A stretch of DNA of 64,000 nt, from NCBI RefSeq assembly GCF_006345805.1, contig NC_043008.1, positions 63,178,001 through 63,242,000 on the forward strand, in the 5' to 3' direction. Made by a program: the position numbers and the translations under genes. Under the pieces are notes generated by a model. That model saw only the letters and a program-made list of their open reading frames with translations, was not told where the DNA came from and made no database searches. Positions 12,701 to 25,864 of this stretch are shown here, in pieces (the first letter of the stretch is position 1; each line of letters opens with the position of its first letter). This DNA is from Octopus sinensis. Taxonomy: Eukaryota.

Positions 12701-12793
12701 TTGGAATAGCTCTATAATTTAGCTAGCAAACATCAAGCTAGAAATGAGATGAAGAAGAAACGAAACAGTCAGATCAGCAAAGACAATAGTGAT
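12701..12793 (+). other. Exon-like island (93 nt)
   Basis: ttttcaacag acceptor, GAT|gtaagt donor; one frame open except TAG at codon 3; alternative acceptor at 12710. Confidence 0.3.
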
Positions 12794-13123
12794 GTAAGTT
12801 GTTATAAAACACTTGTGAATGCAGTTGAAATTATTTACTTCATGCTTGATTTTCTTGCTGATCTTTCTTTTTCCATAGTTTAGTTTCATTTGAAATTTGA
12901 AAGTCATTATTGCATCTTTACATGTGTATGTGAATATAATGTAGGGTTCTGTCATGTAGCCTTAAAAAAAAAAATTACAGTTTTATGTAAATTCACGTGT
13001 ATGAGAGTGTTGTACATGTGTGTTCACTTGCAGTAAGCATATGTGTGAGAATTCTTTGCATTTTAAAAAGCAAAATTTAAAAAAAATCTTTTAACTATTA
13101 TTAAAAGACCACACTTTCATCAG

Positions 13124-13279
13124 ATTGTAAAACTTCTGAAAATAGTTCATTATCTACTCATTGATAGAATCTGTGTGTTTTGTAACTTGCGTTGGTCATT
13201 TACGACCTTAGATAAGAACATTATATTGGTTGGTAGTACACCACGATATTTATGGTTAAAGATAACAGAACTTGTCAGA
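13124..13279 (+). other. Exon-like island (156 nt, one frame open)
   Basis: ctttcatcag acceptor, AGA|gtaaga donor; peptide not recognised. Confidence 0.25.
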
Positions 13280-14369
13280 GTAAGAAAATGTTACTTTCTT
13301 TGATTATGTGACAGAAAAAATTAATAGGCAAAAAAAAAAAAAATTAATCAAAAATCTTAGTATAACACGAAATATAATTTCTTTTAACAGCATCTTTACT
13401 TGAAGAGACATCTAACTAGATTTCACCTTTTGACTAGTAAGTGGTAAATAAATTCTAATAAGAAAAATTTGTGTGGCTTGGGACCAGATGATGCTTTCAT
13501 AAATATCAATGAACAATGATAACACAAAAAAAGCATTATTAATTCACTTTTTTATTATTTTAAATAATGATTTTAAGGTGAAGGTTTCTATATTATTATT
13601 ATATCAATGACCATGTAGGGGTTAATAATTATGTATCATTCACAAATATAACCCTATAACCTCAAAACTTCAATTACAAACTCATGAAGATAGGCAAGTA
13701 TTTAATTTACTCGTTATCCATGCTATCAAGCTATGCCTGCTGTTGGGTATGTAGAAATCACTTTGTTTCACATTTTATAGCTATTGTAACTTCCTTTGAA
13801 ACATATTACATTATATAAAAATGCTTAATATTTCACTAATAGAGATTCATTATGTCTAAATGGTGATCAAATGATCATTTTTCTAAAGTCAATTAATTAG
13901 AACACATTTTCTTATCTGGAACATATTATTTTCTATCAATAATTGGCCAATAACTGTTATTTTCTTCTTAAGTGCTTTGTATATTATTTGTTGTATTTGA
14001 AATATAATGTTCACTTCCACCATGAGATTGTGTATTAAATTCACTGTTAGTATAACCAAACATTACAGTTTAACCTCTCTGTGAATGTATGTGAAAATAA
14101 ATATGATCTCTAGGCTTTAATCATATTTTAAAATAATTTAGTATGAGGAGGAGCTTTCTAAATTAAGTAACTATGTCTTCATAAAGCTAGTGTTTGGAAC
14201 TAAATTTCACAAAAGGTTCTTACACAAGAACTCTAAATTTCACAAAAGGTTCTTTTATATGATGCTTAAATTTACATATAAATACTCTGAAATAGACAGT
14301 TTTGTACGATAAAACCAAGAGTTCTCCCAGACAGATAGAGAAAAAAGTTAAAGTACACACACACACACA

Positions 14370-14401
<32 letters not shown>

Positions 14402-15322
14402 ACAGACACAAAAACACACATACACATAGTCAGAATCTTGTGCTGTATGAATATTTCATTACATACTGTAATGAACATGTATGAATAACCAACTATGATT
14501 CCAACACATAAAATATAGGTTCCTACTAGTATTTTAAAGATATTTTTTCTATTACATCTCTTTAGATACGTTGTCTCAAAATCAGTACCAAATTATTCCT
14601 TTTTGTTCCAGAAAACAATATAATGTCTTCCATTTAACTTTTTTTTTTTTTTTTTTTTAAATTTCGTGTATGATTCTCTTTAGCAACAATAGTCAGACAA
14701 GAGACACTTGGCTCTCAGCAGAAGAATTTCAAGACTAAAGAGAATTTTATTTTGGGAGCAGGAATTGAAGAGGAATTATAGTGAAAGAAAAATCTCTGAT
14801 CTAGGAAAGACTGTACCAGTTGTTGTTGCACTACATGTTTACATACATACATGTATGCAGGCATACACACATACATACACATGTATGTATGAATGTATGT
14901 ATAATTTTGATTGCTGGGATCCTTGAATACTCTATGCATATCAAAGTGAAGCATGTTACAATTTATCAACTCAGAATGATGCAAAAACAGGCAGTTAAGT
15001 AACCCAGAATACACCAATGAAAAAGGTTTGCTGTTGTTTGCTAATTAAGAACTCCATTTGTATCCAAAAGTATCTAACTTCATTGAACAATGAATGAGAA
15101 CTTAAGTATAGTATAAAAATATAATAAAAACAGGTGAATAGGTTCTCTGGTATTGCTACAATTGTTTCATTATGAGTTTTTATTTTGATACTATCATAAT
15201 GCAATTAGTTAGATTGTGGAAATGTTGCATGCCTCCCAACTCATCAGGCCACCCAAAAAATGAGTAAGACAGCCAATGAAATAATTGTTGAAATACCAGT
15301 TAATCCATTCATCATTCATCTC

Positions 15323-15358
<36 letters not shown>

Positions 15359-15468
15359 TGTATATGTATATATATAAAGCAATACCAAAAAATGGGACAA
15401 GAATGCAAAACATCTAGACAGGCAATACAAAAATCAAGGATGGGTCATTCAGAGTTTTCTTTCTTCAG

Positions 15469-15539
15469 TCAAGTTCCATGTCATCTTTTCCAATTTCGGC
15501 TGGTTATACTCGAGATTGCTCCAATCTGGCCAGCCTCAA
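15469..15539 (+). other. Exon-like island (71 nt)
   Basis: ttttctttcttcag acceptor, CAA|gtaaga donor; all frames open; contains CpGs. Confidence 0.3.
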
Positions 15540-16562
15540 GTAAGAACTAAGCTAAGAGCACTAGACTCCTTGGAAGAAAGCAGCGAATGTATATGAAAAC
15601 AAGGACGGAAAAAATAGAGAAATGGTACACAAATACAAATGCCAATAACATGGCATAACAACAGGTGTGTTTCGGCCAAGGATGAATTAAATTAAGCAGG
15701 CATGTGTGGAAGTGAAGCTTTACGGCAGGGACATAAGAGATGACAGGCATAGGGAGGAATATAGATGTTGCATAGATGGTAGTCGAACCAAGAAAGAAAG
15801 GTCAGGCGTGGCTGAACACCAGTCACGTGGAGAGAGAAGGGAGAGAGGTAGAGGCAGAGGGACAGAAGAATTAGGGAGGGACGAGAAAAAAAGAAAAGGT
15901 ACAGAGTGAAGTGAAAGAGGCATGAAGATGAGAATTAAGAGAAATTCAGAAAATGTGACAGAGTGGAATGAATGAAGTAAGTGTGAAGGGGCCGATAGAA
16001 AGAAGGAAAGAAAAAAAGAAAGAATGATATAGTTATACAGAATTTATATTTATTTATATATATGTGTGTGTGTGTGTATTTACATATAAAAGCCCAAAGT
16101 GTACGCACATATTCCCTTTCAGGACAGCTCACTTATTAACTATAATAATAGTCAGGCTCAGCAAGTGTTTCTGCTTTTCCCAACATCATAATTGATTGAA
16201 AATGCCTTTAGTACTGTTGGAGACAGTGATTAAAAAGTAAAGATGTTTTAAATTTTGTAAGCATTTGTAAGCTGTGAGAAAAGCTAAGTGGTTTTATTTT
16301 AAATTAGTTTCTCTGCATGTAGACCCAAATGGACACCAAAACAAATGAAATATTTGTCATTATGATTTTGACACGTGGGAAGGAGAGTTGCTGAAGAGGT
16401 CACAGTAGGTGTGAAGAAATGTTTCCAAACAAAGGGCATAAAATAAGAATTATAAAAAAATCTGAAGTGAAAAATGAATATACAGTGCTTGTGTTTATTT
16501 GGCAAAAAGAGAGTGACCATCCCAAAATATAACAATATGATTTTATTATCACCCTTTGTAAG

Positions 16563-16775
16563 TTGGTGAGCTGGCAGAATTGTTAGCTCCCCGGACTAAA
16601 TGCATAGCAATATTTTACCCGTCCTTATGATCTGAGTTCAAATTCCACCAAGGTTGACTTTGCCACTCATCTTTTGGGGGGTCGATGAAACAAGTACCAG
16701 TTATGCACTGGGGTTGATGTAATTGACTTGCCCCCCCCCCCCAAAATTTCAGACCTTGTGCCTATAGTAGAAAGT
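16563..16775 (+). mobile_element. SINE-A, short-tail subfamily
   Basis: SINE-A body then ccttgtgcctatagtagaaag and (TTA)n. Confidence 0.88.
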
Positions 16776-17151
16776 ATTATTACCCTTTGTCTTTTCATTT
16801 GACGCCAATAAAGTATTTCTGACTTACACAACAATATAAATTGGTGCTAAATCGCATGCAAGTTTTATGATCCATTGATATAAAATTTCATTTTCTTTTA
16901 TTGCCTTTACTAAAGTCATTGTTGGGATGCACACAAACCAGTTCGAATTTTAAAATAATGTGTCTCTTTAGTCAAAGCTAACTCAGATCAATAACATCAG
17001 CTGAAGTGGGGGAGATCTTCTCCAGTGATCTGATGATGGAATACAGCAGAGGTCATATTCACATTGAAATCTGCCAGAATGTATTAAGAATAATTACATA
17101 CATTAGTGTTTAGATTCTAACTGTTTTGCATGCATCTCAAGATTTATCATA

Positions 17152-17366
17152 AAACTGGCACTCCATCGCTTATGGTAAGGAGCGTTCCAGTTGATCTGAT
17201 CAATGGAACAGTCTCCTCATGAAATAAACGTACAAGTGGCTGAGTATTCCACAGACACATGTAGTCTTAGTGTGGTTCTCATGGAGATTCAGTGTGACAC
17301 AGAATGTGACCTTTGAATGATAGGTACTACTAATTTTTGTCAAGTGAGTGGACTGGAGCAAAGTGA
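17152..17366 (-). mobile_element. SINE-C, 5'-truncated
   Basis: Reverse-complement match to 36526-36848. Confidence 0.8.
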
Positions 17367-17381
17367 AAAAATAAAAATAAA

Positions 17382-18854
17382 ATGGATTGTGAACCAGTTC
17401 CAGCACATGCCAGGAGTTATGCTTCAGTGGCTGGAAAAGGTACAACCACAGATTCGCTAGAAGTGCAAGGAATTAAAATCAAACAGAAGCTGAAGGAGTA
17501 CAACAGGCTGATTCAGAAGGAGGGATCCAGTTTAAGGCTGACCCCTTCCAGAAGAAGTGACCACCAGTACAAAGAAAAGAATAGTGATTTATAGAACACT
17601 ATCTACAACCACCAAAAATATCGAGATAGCTACAGAAGAAGTTATTGAAGAATGTCTGAAGGAAATAAAGAGCCTGACAACATTCTACACAAGAAGCAGA
17701 AAATGCGACACAGTGGAGGTGGGGTTTGCCAATGGACAGGAGGCAATAAATCACTCCACAGTAAGGCTGAGGACGCAAAAGGGCCGCCAGTGTTAGAACA
17801 GGCAGGGTACCACCGGAAATCAAAGAAGCATGGCTGGTTGCAGCTGTAATGCACAAAACTGAGGAAGACGCCAAAATTCTAAAAGTAACAAGGACAAAGA
17901 AGGTAAACTGGTGGGGATACAGTCTAGAAATGGTCGTCCAGGTCGGACAACATGATGTAAATGAAATTGCAGAAGAGAAGGTTGAGAGTGGTGGTAGAAG
18001 GAAGACCACCGACCTGTTATCAATGCGGAGAAAAGGAACACATTAGAATAAAGTGCCCCCAGAGAGACAGTAAAAATGAGGAAAACCAACATGAGCAGAG
18101 TACCGAAGTGACAGGCCTAGCACATGAGAAATGTGTGGAGGAAATGGAGGAGGCATTTATGGAGATAACCAAGAGAAAAATGAAAGAGATAGTGAAAAGT
18201 TCAAAAACGAAAAAGGAGAGTGAAACAGACATAGCACAGCTTGTGCAGTATGCATCTCCACCAGCATCACAAATGAAAGAAAAAAAAATGGAAACCGCCC
18301 CAGAAAGCCCAGGTTCCCTACAGAAACAAGCAGTCAAAAGACCTAGGAAAAACAAATTACATATGGTAACATATACATAAAGTACAGCAATAGAAGTAAT
18401 TAGAGTAAAATTACCAGCGGAACATTACACAGAAAATGCAAAAGGCATATTAATAGACCAAGAGAGATATGAAAAATTTTAAATATGGTTTGGAACCAAC
18501 ATAGACCCATTGGGAGTGGAGATAGAGTTTGATGACCTACTGCCTGTTGTAGATTATGAGGTTTTAAGCCATATATAAACTGGTAAGGCGTGAGTAAGCT
18601 TTTAAAATTTTGTTAAATGAAACTACACATACGATACTAAAAAGGAAAAAGAAAAAAGAAAAGAAGATATGAAAACTTGTATTAAAAACAGTTAAATGGT
18701 ACTGCTTGAGAGTGGGGTTCAAATAGCCATGACATTTTCATTATTATAATCTATTTTTCATTCATTCGTTTTATGTTTTTGTCCCCACTGTATTGTTCTG
18801 TCTGTCCATGTACCATCCTCCTCTGTGTCAGGGCCTGTGTGCCCAATAAAGAAA
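17382..18854 (+). mobile_element. ORF1-only L1/Tx1-like LINE relic (gag-like protein with CCHC knuckle, no ORF2)
   Basis: Frameshifted ORFs 17382/17557/17849/17961; RSYASVA near the N-terminus; C-YQ-C-GEKE-H-IRIK-C at 18015-18056; frame continues through stops to about 18593; tail ends AATAAAGAAA. Clade is inferred. Confidence 0.75.
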
Positions 18855-19612
18855 ATCAGTGTGGTGTCTGCAGGCGCTTTGTAAAGACAGTCGTAGAGGT
18901 TGTTGAGAAGAGATATTGTTTGTTCCATGTTGTTTCTGATTTATATTTGTATTGTTATAACCTTGTTATAAGTCTATGTTATAAAGTGGCATATACAGTG
19001 AGTTAAAAGAAGGACATAACAGTTTCCACAAGACACAACAGATCCCAAAATGATGTAAGGCAATGTTGAGCTTAGACGAATTTGAACTCAGAACGTAAAG
19101 ATGGGTGAAATGCCATTAACTATTTTGCACAGTGTATAAACAGTTCTGCTAGCTTGCTGTCTCATTAGTAATAACGACCTTGTAATTAACAAGTCTAAGG
19201 ATCTAAAATAGCCCCTATAACAGAAGGAGACTATGAGAATGTGTGATGATTCTAAATAAAAGTATAAGGGATGAAATGAAACAAAAGGAAAAGTGGAAAT
19301 AGGGAATAGGGAATAGGGAGACAGGAGAGATTAGTGGCATTTTTCTCAACCCATCAACTCCACAGGAATGCTACTGGAGATTATGTAAATATTTTATTTA
19401 CAGTTCCATGTTGAAGAGTTATTGTGGCATCTGTAGAATGTAGCTAATGGAATAGTCACTGAGTTGTAGACATAGTCTGTCCATTGCATCTAGCCATTGG
19501 GTGGGTACCTTTTGCGAAGTACACTCAGTCGCATGTCACCAAGCTGAGAATAACTTTTTGCAACAATTCACAGAAGCCCTTTAAGGTCCAGAACATGGTC
19601 TTTTGTCCCCTG

Positions 19613-19868
19613 TGGAGACGTGTGACTTAGTGGTTAGTGTTGGACTCATCATCATAAGACTGTTGTTTCGATTCCTGCCCCAGACAATGCATTGTGTTCT
19701 TGAGCAAAACACTTCATTTCACAATGCTCCAGTCCACTCAGCTGGCAAAAACGAATAATACTGTGATGGACTAGCACCCCATCCAGGTGGAAGATATATA
19801 TCTGCCATGAAAACTGGGAAACAGGCCCTTATGAGCCGGCATTACTCAAGAAAATTACTCGTTTACTT
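19613..19868 (+). mobile_element. SINE-C variant with alternative tail
   Basis: tgacttagtggttag A-box, SINE-C core; tail shared with 43128-43400. Confidence 0.78.
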
Positions 19869-21237
19869 TCTTCCTCCACTGACCAAGCAATAACAAAAAA
19901 AGTGTTTTAAATTTTTAACACAGCATGGAATTATCTCTCAGACTCAAGATGCGGTCTTTCCTACGAAGTAATACCAATTACCCCTATCTCTTATCTTATT
20001 ATGAATTCACCACACATGTTCACTATTTAGAGAGAAGTGATTCTTTTCTGGTACTGGAACCAAATGCCTGCAGTCCATTTGATTTCCTAAATTATGTTAA
20101 TGATCTATAGTGATGATTTCGTTTTTATTTTCTTCACCCTTTTCAAAATTTCTAATGTAAATTGTTGTTAATTTCACTGTTGAATTCATTCAAATCTCTG
20201 AAAAGAACACACCTAAAGCATTATCCATTTGACGTAGCTTAATTTCATTACAATCGAGCATCTTCCTCATCAAACGGTGTTAAAGGCGGGTTATGGTAAA
20301 TCATGCAAAGTAGAAAAATAGGAACAGAAGTGATTTAAAGCCAATCAGTAGTGAATGTGAAATAATTGTAGCCTAAATGCCACTGAACTGAATCTAATTT
20401 AAATCTCATTGTGGTGCAACTATTTTCAATAATTCACAAAGCAAATAGCTTATGAAAAGAAACAAAAATTTCATAAATAAATTTTAAAAAACCAAAAAAA
20501 GGAAGAAAAAACTGTACTAATCAAAAGTATTATGAGTTTGAACACAAATCCCTACCCACTCAATGCAGACTTAATTTTTTTATTTATTCATTTATCTATT
20601 TTATATTTTCCATATTTATGTTTAGATCGCCTAATTTTATTTTGCTAATATGGTAGGTCAGGTAGCAAACATATGGGGAATTGATTCTCTTCCATGTGAT
20701 GTTTTCATTATATTTCGAAGAATTTTTTTTGTTTTTTTTTTTTTTTCATGTGTGTGCTTTTAAACTGTGCACTCTATATAACTAATCTCTTGTTTGAACA
20801 GTCTATAAGTTTTTTTTTTTTTTTTTTTTTTTTGTTTCCAGCTCAAATATAAATGAAAGTATCAAACAGAATGTATCTGTACTCTTGAAACAACAATCTA
20901 ATCAGTTGTTTCTATTCTCAATCTAATTACGACCAACACTGCTTTATTTTCCTCAGGAGAGAAAACTCACAGCATCAAATAAATTTGGTTCTCTACATAA
21001 AATAGGAAAATTACATAAGTATATATGTGTGTGTGTATGTGTGTGTGTGTCTGTGTGCGTGTGTGTGAGTGTATGTGCATATGTGTGTGTTTGCTTCTTA
21101 GTAATTTGTTGACAGTGACTTCGATGTTTTAGCAGAGGTCTATTCCTGCTGGTAAATCACTGTCAGTAAATTACTATGTTTTTAAGTCCTCTATTCAGTT
21201 GATGTTCTTTGCTTGGAATATATATATATATATATAT

Positions 21238-21490
21238 CTGCCGGTGGCACGTAAAAAGCACCATCCAATAGTGGGCGTTTGCCAGCCTTGTCTGGCACCT
21301 GTGCCGGTGGCACGTAAAAATCACCCACTACACTCTCGGAGTGGTTGGCGTTAGGAAGGGCATCCAGCCATAGAAACATTGCCAGATCAGCCTGGGCCTG
21401 GTGCAGCCTTCTGGCTTCCCAGACCCCAGTTGAACCGTCCAACCCATGCTAGCATGGAAAGCGGACGCTAAACGATGATGATGATGATGA
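21238..21490 (+). mobile_element. RTE 3'-end element (family D) with (GAT)n tail
   Basis: ...gcatggaaagcggacgctaaacgatgatgatg; several copies in the window. Confidence 0.85.
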
Positions 21491-21529
21491 TATATATATA
21501 TATATATATAAATATACATACACACACAC

Positions 21530-21530
<1 letters not shown>

Positions 21531-21609
<79 letters not shown>

Positions 21610-21625
21610 ATAGATGGATAGATAT
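21531..21625. repeat. (GATA)n microsatellite
   Basis: Directly visible. Confidence 0.97.
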
Positions 21626-21689
21626 AGATACATAGATATATACATCATCATCATCATCGTTGTTTAAGGTCTGCTTTCCATGCAAGCAG

Positions 21690-22142
21690 CTTGAGTGGCT
21701 TAAGTCAATGCTAGAAGGAAAATGAACATCTTTGGTTTTACAATGAATGATGTTTTTCCATCAGGATAGTGCTCAGCCACATACAGCGAGAATGATATTC
21801 CAAAGGCTGGAGTAGTTTGAATGGGAAACAACGCACCACTCATCATATTTGCTGGGCATTGCCCTATCTCATGATCATTTATTCTGCAGTCTTCAAAATC
21901 ATTTGGACAGGAAAAAAATATGGATTGTGTAGACGAAGTCAGAACAGCACTGGAGGAGTATTTTTCATCACAAGCAAGTGAATTTTGGAAGAGGGACCTT
22001 GCAAGTCTAACAGATAGATAGATGAGCATTGTGGAAAATGAAGTGGGGGTATATTTCAGATTTAAAAATAAACTTTATTTATCTTAATTTTGAAAAAATA
22101 AAAGAAGTATAAAAAACTGCATTATCTATCGGATGACCCAAT
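21690..22142 (+). mobile_element. Mariner 3' fragment with right TIR
   Basis: FHQDSAQPHTAR and decayed C-terminal motifs; ends gcattatctatcggatgacccaata; same family as 44155-45390. Confidence 0.88.
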
Positions 22143-22236
22143 ATATATGTGTGTGTGTTTGAGCGTGTGAGTGTATACGCTTATATATAATATATATGTT
22201 CATATATACATATACATTTACATACATACACACACA

Positions 22237-22283
<47 letters not shown>

Positions 22284-22794
22284 GGTATGCCAGCATGGCT
22301 TCAGTCTAATGACTGAAACAAGTTAAAGAATAACAGAATAAAAGAATATGTACATATATTTGTATGTTATGGAAATGAATGGTCTGGAGTTCCTATCTTC
22401 AAGATTCCTTATAGTTTTAGAACGTGAATAAGATGAATTACTAAAGCATAAGACAAAATGTCTAGTGATATTTGCTCAGGTCTTGAGTGTTCTGTTCTCT
22501 TGCTGGTAGACTAAATATTTTGCTTAGTTTAACACCACCATCTTCTTCTTGGGTCACTTTAGAAGATTTTACAGTGTTTCAGACAAGCTTTCAGACAAGG
22601 TCTTCAGTTTAAGCACTTCCTCCTCCCCATCTCCTTCCTCGCCATCTGCGTTGGAGATCCAGAGGGGAAGAAAACGAAATGAAAGGACTACCCTTTTCAC
22701 TCTTACTAATTGCTTTGTCTGTTACAAGAAACTAAAACCAGCTGTTTATCAGCATCTCCACCACCACCACTACCACGACCACCACCGCTTCTGT

Positions 22795-23275
22795 CGTCGT
22801 CGTCATCATCATCATCATCACCATCATTTAGCATCTGTTTCCCATGCTGACATGGGTCAGATGGTTTGACTGGAACTGGTCAGCTGGAGAGCTGCACCAG
22901 GCTCCATCCTGTTTTTTGTTTGCTTTCTACAACTGGATACCCTTCCTTATGCCAACCACTCTACAGAGTGTACAGGGTGCCATTAATGCGTCACTGGCAT
23001 TGGGGAGGGGGAATTTAATGTGTTACCAGCATGGGTGCCTTTTACATGTCATTGACACTGACCATGACTATGATTTCACTAAGCTTAATGAGTTTTCTCA
23101 ATTAGAGCAACTTGCCAACAGTCTCAGTCACTTGTCATCATCTCCATGGAACTGAACATCTGAAGATCACATTTCACCACCTCATCCCATGTCTTCCTGT
23201 ATCTACCTCTTCCACAGCTTCCCTCAACAGTTAAAAATCTACACTTCTTTACGCAACCCTCCTCATTTATACTGC
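22795..23275 (-). mobile_element. RTE LINE C-terminus plus 3' UTR
   Basis: Decayed GRGR..KTWDEVV-like segment, family D 3' end, (GAT)n tail. Confidence 0.7.
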
Positions 23276-23292
23276 TGTTCTTGTCTATATGT

Positions 23293-23457
23293 CATCATCA
23301 TCATCATCATCGTTTAACGTCCGTTTTCCATGCTAGCATGGGTTGGACGGTTCGACCAGGGTCTGGGAAGCCAGGAGGCTGTGCCAGGCTTCAGTCTGAT
23401 ATGGCAGCATTTCTACAGCTGGATGCCCTTCCTAATGCCAACCACTCCGTGAGTGTA
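23293..23457 (-). mobile_element. Family D (RTE 3' end)
   Basis: catcatc gtttaacgtccgttttccatgctagc... Confidence 0.88.
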
Positions 23458-23855
23458 TATCTAGTTAAATATCTAAGCAAACTATATTTCTGAAGGCAAG
23501 ATGTTAAACTGTAAGTTGACCTTAATTATAATTTCTTACACAGCCACAAGGCTAGAAATTTGGGGATTATAGGTTAAGCAATTATATCAATCCCGTATTT
23601 GACTGGTACTTCATTTAATGAAATCTAAAATGGGGAAAAAGTAAGGTTGAATTTGGTAGGATTTTAGCTTAGTAATTAAAATGTTGTAATTAAACTTCAT
23701 AAGGTATTTGGTTCAATACTCTAATGATTCTGTCAATCTATCAATGTAAATTTTAATTATGAAGAAAATGAGGGTAAAATGTAGGCTTGTGAAAAGTAGT
23801 GTTACATGTAGATGTTCAAATGTATTCTCATTAATAAAGATAATGAAGTAATATA

Positions 23856-24075
23856 TATTTCTTAACTACCCACAAGGGGCTAAACACAGAGGGGACAAAC
23901 AAGGACAGACAAATGGATTAAGTCGATTACATTGACCCTAGTGCGTAACTGGTACTTAATTTATCGACCCCGAAAGGATGAAAGGCAAAGTCGACCTTGG
24001 CGGAATTTGAACTCAGAACATAACGGCAGACAAAATACGGCTACACATTTCGCCCGATGTGCTAACATTTCTGCC
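23856..24075 (-). mobile_element. SINE-A long-tail with 18-bp TSD
   Basis: AGATAATGAAGTAATATA at 23838-23855 and 24076-24093. Confidence 0.95.
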
Positions 24076-24748
24076 AGATAATGAAGTAATATAGTGGCAA
24101 ATCCTATTTATGAAGAGCAAAATGATATCAATAGATGTTGTTTATTAAAGACATGATGGCAATATAAGTGCTTTCTATTTATCAAAGACAGTGTAGTAAA
24201 ATATAGACAGACGCATTATTATAAAAGTCAAAATGTTGAAATGGTAGCTTGACTTTATGAAAGTTAAGAATTCAGCAATAATGTTATACAAGATTATTGC
24301 ATTCCAAATACCATATGAGTTTTTAGATACACATTTAGCTGTAGTTAATGTTTTTAATAAAATGTACATGGAAAAGGTTGTCAGCTGATACTCTTTTATG
24401 CATAGTTATATCTTGAATGTTAATTCATGGCAGTATTTTTATTACCTAATGCATGTAAATCTTATAACTATTTTAAATGTATTTTTTATGGTTATATTAA
24501 GTGAATGCAGCATGAAAGTATTACAGGGATTTTAGTGAACTAAAAAGTATGGGAAAAGAATAATTATTAAGGGCAATGCAAATAAAGCCTAAGAAATAAA
24601 GAGGAAATGCACGTTTACCATTTTATCTACACATGGAACGCAACATGCATTTGTTATGATACTAAGGGGAAAAAATTTATGCCAAAAAATGAAGAACAGG
24701 ACAGACTTTACCCTTTTGTTACCACATTTCTGTTGAAATACACAGTTT

Positions 24749-25095
24749 TCATCATCATCATCATCATCATCATCGTTGTTTAACGTCCGTTTTCCATGCT
24801 AGCACGGGTTGGATGGTTCGACCGGGGTCTGGGAAGCCAGGGGGCTGCACCAGGCACCAGTCCGATCTGGCAGTGTTACTACGGCTGGATGCCCTTCCTA
24901 ATGCCAACCACTCCATGAGTGTAGTGGGCGCTTTTTATGTGCCACCGGCACAAGTGCCAGGGGAGGCTGGCCGTGGCCACAATCGGTTGGTGCTTTTTAC
25001 ATACCACTGGCACAGAAGCCAGTCAAGGTGGCGCTGGCATCGGCCATGTTCGAATGGTGCTTTTTACATGCCACCGGCACAGGTATCACAACTAC
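24749..25095 (-). mobile_element. Family D with three copies of a 25-bp motif, adjoining a MITE end
   Basis: ggtgctttttacRtgccacYggcac x3; MITE end cccttttgttaccacatttctg at about 24708-24748. Confidence 0.88.
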
Positions 25096-25544
25096 AATTT
25101 CTATTTGATATTTATCTTGATGTTTTTTAAATCAATTTTGAAAATGATAGAATTTTGTTAATTTCACCATATAAAGTGATATTTGAAATGGTTTTTGCAT
25201 ATTTATTCTTCATACATCTGGGCAAGTTCAAATGCAAAATAAGCTGGTCACTGTAGCGTATATCACAGGAGATAAGTTCTCTGTTTTACAATGACAGTAT
25301 GTTCATAATATACATGACTCATTGATACAAGGAATTTTGGGACACAAGCACCTGACATGTTTTGTCTCATCAGCCAGAAGCATTCAGGCTGTTTGAGCCT
25401 AAAAAGCTTCTCACTCAATACTTCCAGGCTAAAGCAATCTTGGGTACACTTTGCATTTGTTAATCTAAGTCCGATGAAGGGCAAGGCTCATACATTTGAG
25501 AGAAACATCAGGTGAGGTGGTTGCCAAAAAAGCTAGTATTTCTA

Positions 25545-25772
25545 GGTGGCGAGCTGGCAGAAACGTTAGCACACCGAGCGAAATGCTTAATGGTATTTCG
25601 TCTGCTGTTACGTTCTGAGTTCAAATTCCGCTGAGGTCGACATTGCCTTTCATCCTTTTGGGGTCGATAAATTAAGTAGCAGTTGTGCACTGGGGTCGAT
25701 GTAATCGACTTAATCCCTTTGTCCTTGTTTGTCCCCTCTATGTTTAGTCCCTTGTGGGCAATAAAGAAATAA
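25545..25772 (+). mobile_element. SINE-A long-tail
   Basis: Family match. Confidence 0.92.
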
Positions 25773-25864
25773 GATACAAAGAGTTAAAGGAGTTCATCTT
25801 GATTTTTAGGTTTGATGGCTTTTTGTCCTGACAAGTTGTCAGTCAACCTTCTACACACCAGTCA

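Noticed and set aside
14200-14254. 22-bp direct repeat with 33-bp period
   Set aside because: Real, but an ordinary local slippage duplication.
20230-20350. Possible promoter (GGCGGG, CCAATCA, a few CpGs)
   Set aside because: Short motifs expected by chance; no linked gene start.
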